From the NCBI GenBank assembly GCA_029564175.1, contig JAKQQL010000087.1:1-27706 (forward strand): 27,706 nt of DNA, in the 5' to 3' direction. This DNA comes from Candidatus Cloacimonadota bacterium. GTDB lineage: Bacteria > Cloacimonadota > Cloacimonadia > Cloacimonadales > WRIO01. This document shows positions 1-7,080 of the stretch, in pieces. How positions within the stretch are numbered: the stretch's first letter is position 1; every line of letters starts with the position of its first letter. The notes below the pieces were generated by a model, which was given only the letters and a program-made list of their open reading frames with translations, was not told the origin of the DNA and did not search any database. The position numbers and the translations under genes were made by a program.

Positions 1-2
1 AT

Positions 3-317
3 ATCATTGGTAATGTAGCATGGTATTCTTCTAATTCAGGTTCTACTACTCATCCGGCAGGCACCAAAGCACCGAATGAGCTGGGCATCTATGATATGAG
101 CGGTAATGTATGAGAATGGTGCTGGGATTGGTATGGCTCCTATTCTTCATCAGCTCAGACGAATCCGCATGGTGCAACAAGTGGTTCTCGCCGTGTGTAT
201 CGTGGTGGCAGCTGGAGCAACGGCGGCGGCTACTGTCGGGTGGCTAATCGCGGCTTCAGCAACCCTGACAGCAGTAGCGTCGATCTGGGCTTCCGCCTTT
301 CGAGAACAATCCCGTAA
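3..317 (+). pseudogene. 3' end of FGE-sulfatase (SUMF1/CLec-fold) domain gene, probable DGR target, with in-frame TGA at 111-113; 5' part lies outside the window
   Basis: Manual translation from nt 3: IIGNVAWYSSNSGSTTHPAGTKAPNELGIYDMSGNV*EWCWDWYGSYSSSAQTNPHGATSGSRRVYRGGSWSNGGGYCRVANRGFSNPDSSSVDLGFRLSRTIP-stop(315-317). Family motifs PNELGIYDMSGNVWEW, RGGSW and GFR are present. Not in the ORF track. Confidence 0.88.
189..299 (+). other. Putative DGR variable region (VR)
   Basis: Runs of NNC/NNT codons at the variable positions between RVxRGGSW and GFR (AGC AAC GGC GGC GGC TAC; GGC TTC AGC AAC; AGC AGT AGC GTC GAT), as expected from A-to-N mutagenesis of an AAC/AAT-rich template. Confidence 0.7.
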
Positions 318-388
318 CATTCTGACCTTATTACCTTTTTACCTTTTATCAAAAAAACAGAGGGTAGAATGGGAAAGATTCGGGTAGA

Positions 389-449
389 ATATTGACGGGC
401 TTGCAAGTCAAATAGCGAAGCAAATAGACGCAGCAAGTCCCGACAATAT
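389..449. repeat. Imperfect stem-loop capped by a GCGAAGC mini-hairpin
   Basis: ATATTGACGGGCTTGC (389-404) pairs with GCAAGTCCCGACAATAT (433-449); GCGAAGC at 415-421 lies in the loop. Confidence 0.7.
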
Positions 450-479
450 GGCAGGGTGTGCAGGCAGATTTTCTTTTGG

Positions 480-505
480 TTCTTTTCTTTTTAAAAAGAA
501 AAGAA
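480..505. repeat. Perfect 26-bp palindrome
   Basis: TTCTTTTCTTTTTAAAAAGAAAAGAA is its own reverse complement. Confidence 0.8.
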
Positions 506-508
506 GTT

Positions 509-704
509 AAGCTCCATAGGAGCGACCGTATGGTAGCCAGACGCGTCAGCGTCTGGAAAGATGCACCCCCACGATCTCGCACCGTAGGTGCGGTTGAATT
601 TTGTTATTTGTTATTCGGCGACACCTATGGTGCCGGGTTTTGTTTTTGATTGGATACCAGACATTTCCATGTCTGGCTACCAATCGGTCGTTCCTATGGA
701 ACTT
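509..704. mobile_element. Non-autonomous palindromic element (MITE/REPIN-like)
   Basis: ~48-bp imperfect terminal inverted repeats: AAGCTCCATAGGAGCGACCGTATGGTAGCCAGAC...GTCTGG (509-556) versus CCAGAC...GTCTGGCTACCAATCGGTCGTTCCTATGGAACTT (657-704). Inner inverted pair GCACCGTAGGTGC / ACACCTATGGTGC. No credible CDS. Confidence 0.72.
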
Positions 705-811
705 TCATTATAAAACGATTGATTCAAGGTTAATACATTAGCTGGCAAAATGTAGATAAATCTACTTGACGATTCGTACTTATTCATTTTTGATGTTATA
801 TGGAGGCACTC

Positions 812-2140
812 ATGAAAGAAATAAGTTTATCAGACTATTTTTCCACATTATATGAAGAAGAAATCAATGTTGTTTTTTATCGTACTCATTATGAATTTAT
901 CGATGATCCTGATTCTCCAAGCCAATTTAACACTCAGAAACAGATACAGATGATTATTCAAAGGATTACTCAAAAAGATTATCTTGAAAAACTATTTTGT
1001 TGCTTAGATGATGATTACTTGCAAACCATAAAAGAGTTATGTATGAATGAGCAGAGTGAAGACTCTTTACTCAGTTTGGTTGACTATGGAATTAAAAAAA
1101 TATTAGTTGATTTCTGTCTGGCATGCCCATCTAAAAATTATTATCAAATAGTTATTGGACAAAATGATAGTAATGATGACGATGATGATTATGACGACGA
1201 AGAAAACGATGACGACAATGTATCAGAAAATGAAGAAGATGTATCAGAAAATGAAGATGAAGAAGATTTTGATGAAGAAGACGATGATTATGACGAAGAA
1301 GATTTTGACGACGACGATGATGATTTTGATTTTGAAGAAGATGATTTTGATTTTGAAGATGATGATTATGACGATGAAACGACAATATATGTCTATATCT
1401 TTGATGAGATTAAAAGTGTCGTAAAAACGCTGGATTGGGATAAGATAAAAAGCATGAATCAAAGATATCAGGATTTTTTCACTTGTGTGGATGTTTGCCT
1501 GAATCTATATGGATTTTTACCAAAAAAAGATTTTAAAATGATTTATGAGAGATATTTTGATAATCGAATGAGCATGAAAGAAATGAATATGATGTTTTCT
1601 TTCTACGAATCTGTAGGATTGTATGAAGATAATATAGACTACATTGTAACTGGTATGTTGTTGGATAAACCTGAAGTCTTGAATGAACTGATTGAAGATA
1701 TTCACCATAAGCCATACTATCTCCCAGAAAAAAAAGAATTTTTAAAATATAAAGAGATTGATTACATGGCTGAGTTTCCCGAGTATGAAAAAGCAGCCAA
1801 ATTTTTACAAAAGAAATATAAGATGTCAGACTTTGATTGTGAAGAATTTTTATTTGTCATATTTTTAAATAATATGATGTTAGGACGGCTGGCCTTTGAT
1901 CAGGAGATTCTTGATGATTTTTCCATCACATTTAAAAACGAAAAAGAGTTTAAAGAATTTTATGGGATGCTGACTGATATGTTTACACATCAACGAAATT
2001 GGCTCAATAAAGGATATACCCCGTATGAACTTTTTCAGCAATTTAACAAAAGAGAAAGTGTGATCAAAACAGGCCCAAATGAACCCTGCCCCTGTGGGTC
2101 TGGAAAGAAATACAAGAAATGCTGCGGGAAGATTGTATAA
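812..2140 (+). CDS. SEC-C metal-binding motif protein with long Asp/Glu tract
   Basis: C-terminal GPNEPCPCGSGKKYKKCCG; GGAGG at 802-806 favours ATG 812 over 800. Confidence 0.9.
   Translation: MKEISLSDYFSTLYEEEINVVFYRTHYEFIDDPDSPSQFNTQKQIQMIIQRITQKDYLEKLFCCLDDDYLQTIKELCMNEQSEDSLLSLVDYGIKKILVDFCLACPSKNYYQIVIGQNDSNDDDDDYDDEENDDDNVSENEEDVSENEDEEDFDEEDDDYDEEDFDDDDDDFDFEEDDFDFEDDDYDDETTIYVYIFDEIKSVVKTLDWDKIKSMNQRYQDFFTCVDVCLNLYGFLPKKDFKMIYERYFDNRMSMKEMNMMFSFYESVGLYEDNIDYIVTGMLLDKPEVLNELIEDIHHKPYYLPEKKEFLKYKEIDYMAEFPEYEKAAKFLQKKYKMSDFDCEEFLFVIFLNNMMLGRLAFDQEILDDFSITFKNEKEFKEFYGMLTDMFTHQRNWLNKGYTPYELFQQFNKRESVIKTGPNEPCPCGSGKKYKKCCGKIV
1164..1378 (+). repeat. Low-complexity acidic coding tract with 21-bp tandem duplications
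   Basis: GAT/GAC/GAA codon run; ATGTATCAGAAAATGAAGA x2 and GATGATTTTGATTTTGAAGA x2. Confidence 0.85.
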
Positions 2141-2158
2141 TTTATTGTAGATTTCTTT

Positions 2159-2238
2159 TCCCTTTCATTCTGCCTTGATAGCCTCTGCTTTTCTGCTTGT
2201 TTCTCCAAGATAGAAGCAGGAAAGCATGAAGAAAGGGA
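2159..2238. repeat. Extended imperfect inverted repeat downstream of the SEC-C gene
   Basis: TGCTTTTCTGCTT (2186-2198) pairs with AAGCAGGAAAGCA (2214-2226); TCCCTTTCATTC (2159-2170) pairs with GAAGAAAGGGA (2228-2238). Confidence 0.6.
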
Positions 2239-2411
2239 GCTGTTTCAGGTATCAAAGTCAGTTGACGATTTACCTTTAGATAAATCTGAATTATTTGACT
2301 GAATCCTCAGTAAAAAGTGCATGAACCACAAAATAAATGAAATTGCAGGCATTAGTCTTGCACCTGTAATTTCAAAGAAACATGACAACCACTTAAGGCA
2401 AGAAAATGTTT

Positions 2412-2441
2412 AACCACAGAGAACACAGAAGTCACAGAGAA
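2412..2441 (+). repeat. Short 9-bp tandem repeat (CACAGAGAA type, 3 units)
   Basis: AAC-CACAGAGAA-CACAGAAGT-CACAGAGAA. Confidence 0.7.
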
Positions 2442-2521
2442 TAACAAAAAATGGATAACCCTGAAAGGGAGCCATGATTGTAGAGCTTTTTTGTCCGGGT
2501 AATATAGATAGAGGAGGATTT

Positions 2522-3145
2522 ATGAAAGTTTATCTGAATAAAGGTCATCGTTACCCAAAACGGCTTGATGATATGATAATATGTTACTATTGTGATGATA
2601 AAACAGCAATATTAAGAAAACCGGTCAAAAGGGAATTGCAGACTCAAAACATTAACATACAGTCAAATCAGAGAGTTCTCTGTAACTTGTGGAAATCTTT
2701 ATCAATCAAAAGCAGAAAACTCTTTGGTATTTATGCGATGGCTTACAAAAAGGGAAAAAAGAGCAAGAGACCTCAGGGTATTTCAGGCTTTAGTATCTTT
2801 ATTCAACTGATTTATAAATTGCATGATCGCCTAGGTTGGATGATACAAGATATGACATATCAATTTATAACTTCTTTTCTTAAAGTCTGTTCTACTCTTA
2901 ATCATTTGATGAAAAAGGGCTGGTTATCACGAATATATTTACATGGCAGATACAGGAATAAGTCTTTTATTCATAATAGTAACCACGATGATGCATTACA
3001 ATCCAGACAACTATATACTTTTTTTAACTCTTTTATTGACAAAAGAATCAAATTTGATAAGCTGGAAAACAGAGGTTATGATGAAACTACGAATGATTTT
3101 TCTATTGATTATAATGCTTGGATTGATTGGACTGATACAGGCTGA
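2522..3145 (+). CDS. Hypothetical basic protein
   Basis: Open frame; strong RBS GAGGAGG at 2511-2517 before ATG 2522; Lys/Arg-rich; 3' end overlaps the next gene. Confidence 0.65.
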   Translation: MKVYLNKGHRYPKRLDDMIICYYCDDKTAILRKPVKRELQTQNINIQSNQRVLCNLWKSLSIKSRKLFGIYAMAYKKGKKSKRPQGISGFSIFIQLIYKLHDRLGWMIQDMTYQFITSFLKVCSTLNHLMKKGWLSRIYLHGRYRNKSFIHNSNHDDALQSRQLYTFFNSFIDKRIKFDKLENRGYDETTNDFSIDYNAWIDWTDTG

Positions 3146-3833
3146 TGTCATACAGATTCATTTATTGCAATTGCCGGTTAATAACCGAATTACAATCGGT
3201 ATAAGTCCTAAAATGTGGGATAAAGAGGCGATGATGGAGAATGCACTGGGACAGGCAAGTGTCTTGTTTACCCGAATGGATTCTGCTTATAGCGTGGACA
3301 ATTATATTAGTGTGCAAAGAGGTTCTGCCGAACATGAAAGCAGTGACCATGCCCAATTGCAGTATAATGTCGTCAGTGATATGGATAAACTGAAGATGAA
3401 TTATCAGAGCTTGTTAAATCAATATGATCAGGAAATTTACGGAAATTATGTGGCTTTTTTTGCTCAACAGGAAATTGCAGAGCATATAAAATTCGAGTTA
3501 GTTGATGAAAGTCAGCTAAATGATGAGCTTGCTATCAGGCAGGAAAACGGTGATTTGTTTTCATTTGGTTCAGCTAAGAATTCAAAGCTGGATGAAGCAC
3601 TCGATAGTGCCTTTGATAAAGCCATGTTTGAATATTCAAAATATATGGGTCAACAGATTAACTCGTTGCAAAAAGAAGAAAATGACCGGACTAAAACCAT
3701 TTACGAAAGAAAGGCTGTTAATAAATTGCACCAGCTGGAATTCTCAAGAATACAAATAGAAGTAATCAGAAATGGTTCTGTGATTGAATATCAGGTTAAA
3801 ACTGAGTTAAGAAAAAGGATAAGTAATGATTAA
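3078..3833 (+). CDS. Exported hypothetical protein, possibly with LPP20-like segments
   Basis: GAGGT RBS before ATG 3078/3081; signal peptide MKLRMIFLLIIMLGLIGLIQA; two G-x-S...A..A helical segments. Confidence 0.75.
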   Translation: MMKLRMIFLLIIMLGLIGLIQADVIQIHLLQLPVNNRITIGISPKMWDKEAMMENALGQASVLFTRMDSAYSVDNYISVQRGSAEHESSDHAQLQYNVVSDMDKLKMNYQSLLNQYDQEIYGNYVAFFAQQEIAEHIKFELVDESQLNDELAIRQENGDLFSFGSAKNSKLDEALDSAFDKAMFEYSKYMGQQINSLQKEENDRTKTIYERKAVNKLHQLEFSRIQIEVIRNGSVIEYQVKTELRKRISND

Positions 3834-4557
3834 AATAGCAGTAATCCCATCGCGTTATGCATCGACAAGACTGAATGCCAAACCCTTAGCCATGATAGGG
3901 GATAAGTGTTTGATTCAACGGGTTTATGAAGCAGTAAAGCAGACAGAACTATTTGATCAGGTCATTGTTGCGACTGATCATCAGGCAATATATGATGAAG
4001 TAAAACGTTTTGGTGGAGAGGTTGTGATGACTTCAGAACACCATCAGAGCGGTTCAGATCGTATTGCTGAAGTGTGTCGGCATATTGATTGTGATATCGT
4101 CGTGAATGTCCAGGGAGATGAACCCTTTGTTACTCGTGAGCCTCTGGAGGCTTTACTCAATGTTTTTACAGACTCACAGGTAGAAGTGGCTTCTTTGATG
4201 CATCAATTGGACAATAAAGAAGAAATTGCTAATCCAAATAATGTGAAAGTGATTGTTAATCAGAAATCTGATGCCATTTATTTCTCAAGATCGGTGATTC
4301 CTTATCAGAGAAATCAAGTGAAAGGTTTGAAATACTATAAACATATCGGTGTCTATGCTTATCAAAAAGAGACGCTAATGAAATATGTCCAGATGCCTCA
4401 ATCATTACTGGAAAAAACTGAAAGTCTGGAACAACTTCGCCTGATAGACAATGGAATTTCTGTCAGAATGGTTGAAAGCCAGTATCAGGCAATTGGAATT
4501 GATACGACTGAAGATCTGGAAAAAGCAAGAGAATATGTGAAGGCGAATACATTGTAG
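3826..4557 (+). CDS. kdsB: 3-deoxy-manno-octulosonate cytidylyltransferase (CMP-Kdo synthetase)
   Basis: IPSRYASTRL, SGSDRIAE, VNVQGDEP, YFSRS, HIGVYAY, LEQLR and IDTTEDL motifs. Confidence 0.97.
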   Translation: MIKIAVIPSRYASTRLNAKPLAMIGDKCLIQRVYEAVKQTELFDQVIVATDHQAIYDEVKRFGGEVVMTSEHHQSGSDRIAEVCRHIDCDIVVNVQGDEPFVTREPLEALLNVFTDSQVEVASLMHQLDNKEEIANPNNVKVIVNQKSDAIYFSRSVIPYQRNQVKGLKYYKHIGVYAYQKETLMKYVQMPQSLLEKTESLEQLRLIDNGISVRMVESQYQAIGIDTTEDLEKAREYVKANTL

Positions 4558-4566
4558 ATGAAAGTT

Positions 4567-4689
4567 GTAGGACAAGCAACCTGCTTGTTATAGTATAAGT
4601 CGCAAGCTGGTCGTAGGACAAGCAACCTGCTTGTTTTCTCTTTACGCAAGCTAGTAGCTTGCGATACAACAGCTAGTAGCTTGCAGCAC
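4567..4689. repeat. Intergenic REP cluster (GTAG/GTAC-type hairpins, BIME-like)
   Basis: GTAGGACAAGCAACCTGCTTGTT at 4567-4589 and 4613-4635; reverse-oriented CGCAAGCTAGTAGCTTGCGATAC (4645-4667) and CAGCTAGTAGCTTGCAGCAC (4670-4689). Confidence 0.85.
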
Positions 4690-4700
4690 GAAAGGAAAAA

Positions 4701-5636
4701 ATGAATACAGAAACAGAACAAATCAAAAATACAGACTGGGTAAGTAAAAAGACTCAGTTGTCCGTTAATATGGGTTTAGGCTTTAATATCTTATTAGCAG
4801 TGTTAAAAACAGTTACCGGAGTGATTGGTCATAGTGCCGGATTATTGGCAGACGGAATCAATTCCACTTCAGATGTGGTTTATTATATTGCCGTGAAGTT
4901 TTTCCTACGATATGCGGATAAGCCGGCTGATGAAGAGCATCCTTATGGACACAGGCAGATGGAGAGTATCGCTTCAATTGTGATCTCAGCCTTTGTGATT
5001 ACCACTGCGATTGCCATTTTCTGGAATTCAGTAAATAATATTTATGATTACATGCTTAATCCTGTTACAGAAATAACAGTCGGATGGATAACCTTGTATA
5101 TTGCGCTGTTTACGATATTATCAAAGATCGGACTTAGTCTTTATACACAGTTGATGGGTAAAAAATTGAAGAATCCGGCGATAAAAGCATTAGCTGCCGA
5201 TCATATCAATGACATTTTTGCAGCAGGTGGTGTGATTATTGGGATTTTATTTGCAAGAGCAGGTTATGCATGGGTAGATCCATTAGCAGGATGTGTGGTA
5301 TCTGTTTTCATAATGAAAACCGGAATAGAAATCCTAAAAGACGGTTCTTCTTCTTTGATGGATGTTTCACCTTCTGATGAGATTGTGAATGATGTACTGG
5401 AAAAAGTAGAAAATATAAAGGAAATTAAGGATGTTGAATCTGTTTACAGTCATCGTTTTGGACCCTTTTATACATTAAATATTACCATCGCACTGGATGG
5501 CAGTCTGACGATGAATGAAGGTGATATGATTGCAGATGAACTGGAAACAAGACTTTGCGCAGATAATCATTACCTAAAAGAAGTCTTTATTCATTATCAT
5601 CCTTTTAAGAATAATAAAATGAAAAAAGAGGTATAA
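4701..5636 (+). CDS. Cation diffusion facilitator (FieF/CzcD-like) transporter
   Basis: SAGLLADGINSTSD, PADEEHPYGH, ADHINDI and VFIHYHP motifs; multiple TM segments. Confidence 0.95.
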   Translation: MNTETEQIKNTDWVSKKTQLSVNMGLGFNILLAVLKTVTGVIGHSAGLLADGINSTSDVVYYIAVKFFLRYADKPADEEHPYGHRQMESIASIVISAFVITTAIAIFWNSVNNIYDYMLNPVTEITVGWITLYIALFTILSKIGLSLYTQLMGKKLKNPAIKALAADHINDIFAAGGVIIGILFARAGYAWVDPLAGCVVSVFIMKTGIEILKDGSSSLMDVSPSDEIVNDVLEKVENIKEIKDVESVYSHRFGPFYTLNITIALDGSLTMNEGDMIADELETRLCADNHYLKEVFIHYHPFKNNKMKKEV

Positions 5637-6899
5637 ATGGCTGGAAAATTTAGTATTCCAAGAGGCACCTTTGATGTGTTGCCAAAAGACAGTTACAAAT
5701 GGGAACTGATCGAAAGTAAGTTCAGGCAAATCGCAAAAAGATTTGGATATAAGGAGATTGTAACCCCAATATTTGAAAATTCAGAAGTATTCGAACGCTC
5801 AGTTGGAGATACTTCCGATATCGTTCAAAAAGAAATGTATAAGTTTACCGATAAAAAAGGCAGAACTTTTGCGCTGAGACCAGAAGGCACAGCGCCTGTG
5901 ATTCGCAGTTATGTGGAAAACAATCTGGGTGCAGATAATCCAATCAGTAAACTGATGTATATAGGCCCTATGTTTCGTTATGACAGACCTCAAGCCGGAC
6001 GTTCGAGACAGTTTTCACAGTTTGGGGTTGAATGTATTGGCAGTAATCATCCGTATTACGACGCTGAAGTGATTCAGGTTTTTTATGTATTTTTAAAAGA
6101 AATCGGACTAAGTAATTTCTCTGTTGAAATAAACAGTATTGGCTGTTCAACTTGTACTGAAACCTATAATGACGCTTTGAGAGCTTATTTCTCTCCGCAT
6201 ATAGAAGAAATGTGTGAGGACTGTAAAAACAGAATCAGTAAGAATCCAAAAAGACTGTTGGACTGTAAAGTAAATGCCTGTAAGAAAATAGCTGAAAATG
6301 CGCCTTCTATGCTGGATTATTTGGATGATGAATGTAAAACTCATTTCTCACAGGTACAGGAATATTTAAAGAAAATGCAGATACCCTTTATTGTTAATCC
6401 ACGAATCGTAAGAGGACTTGATTATTATACCAATACCGCTTTTGAATTTATCAATAACAATTTAGGCGCTCAGAATGCACTTGGCGGTGGAGGCAGATAT
6501 AACGGTCTGGTCGAACAGTTTGGCGGGAAATCAACCCCTGGTATTGGTTTTGCCGGTGGTATCACCCGCTTGATACTGTCAATGGAACAGGAAAATCTGA
6601 TGGCTAATCTGGAACCAAAACCGGATGTCTATTTTATTGCACTTGGGGATGCGGTAATGACAAAGGCTGTCGAGATGATCAGCTGGATGAGACAGAATTT
6701 CTTAAGCGTGGAATTTGATATAGAAAAGACTTCCATGAAAGCGCAAATGAAACAGGCTAACAGGGTCAATGCCCGATTTGCCATTATTCTGGGTGAAGAT
6801 GAATTGAACCGGAATGTCTATATCCAAAAAGATCTTCAGACAGGCGAACAGCAGGAAATATCATTGGATATCTTTAAGGAAGTATTGACTTCAGTATAA
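5637..6899 (+). CDS. hisS: Histidine--tRNA ligase
   Basis: PRGTFD, TPIFE, LRPEGTA, FRYDRPQAGR, VRGLDYY and GGGRY motifs. Confidence 0.98.
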   Translation: MAGKFSIPRGTFDVLPKDSYKWELIESKFRQIAKRFGYKEIVTPIFENSEVFERSVGDTSDIVQKEMYKFTDKKGRTFALRPEGTAPVIRSYVENNLGADNPISKLMYIGPMFRYDRPQAGRSRQFSQFGVECIGSNHPYYDAEVIQVFYVFLKEIGLSNFSVEINSIGCSTCTETYNDALRAYFSPHIEEMCEDCKNRISKNPKRLLDCKVNACKKIAENAPSMLDYLDDECKTHFSQVQEYLKKMQIPFIVNPRIVRGLDYYTNTAFEFINNNLGAQNALGGGGRYNGLVEQFGGKSTPGIGFAGGITRLILSMEQENLMANLEPKPDVYFIALGDAVMTKAVEMISWMRQNFLSVEFDIEKTSMKAQMKQANRVNARFAIILGEDELNRNVYIQKDLQTGEQQEISLDIFKEVLTSV

Positions 6900-6928
6900 A
6901 ACGCTTTCTCAGATTTTATAAAACAGAT

Positions 6929-7022
6929 AATTCCTCTCCTGAGTCTGTGTAAAAGGCAGATTTTATTATGTCGCACCTGCGGAATTCATCGTTGTAGCAC
7001 AGACTCCCCGTGAGAGGGAATT
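6929..7022. repeat. Long imperfect stem-loop; nested REP remnants or structured RNA
   Basis: AATTCCTCTC-CT-GAGTCTGTG (6929-6949) pairs with CACAGACTC-CCCGT-GAGAGGGAATT (6998-7022); GTAG precedes the right arm. Confidence 0.6.
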
Positions 7023-7080
7023 TGAAGGTAATCCATTCTACCTTAACAGGTAAAAATCCATATCATTGATGGAGAAGAAA

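Noticed and set aside
111..113. Alternative genetic code or selenocysteine at the TGA
   Set aside because: TGA terminates several intact genes in the window, Trp is encoded by TGG throughout, and the position is an aromatic rather than a Cys site
106..649. ORF-track entries 106-387, 230-436, 349-582 and 458-649
   Set aside because: Alternative frames over the FGE-sulfatase 3' end and the palindromic elements; no RBS or recognisable motifs
1152..1462. His-rich, Met/Lys-rich and Ile-rich short ORFs
   Set aside because: Shadow frames of the GAT/GAA acidic tract
2943..3077. Upstream extension of the 2943-3833 ORF
   Set aside because: RBS and signal peptide point to ATG 3078/3081; the extension lies inside the preceding CDS
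4567..4635. Mini CRISPR array (23-bp repeat twice)
   Set aside because: Only two copies, adjacent related units are inverted, the spacer itself contains a repeat fragment, and there are no cas genes; a REP cluster fits better
6929..7022. tRNA, SRP RNA, 6S RNA or T-box
   Set aside because: No TTCGA T-loop or cloverleaf, no SRP GGAA-loop domain, too short for 6S, and downstream rather than upstream of hisS
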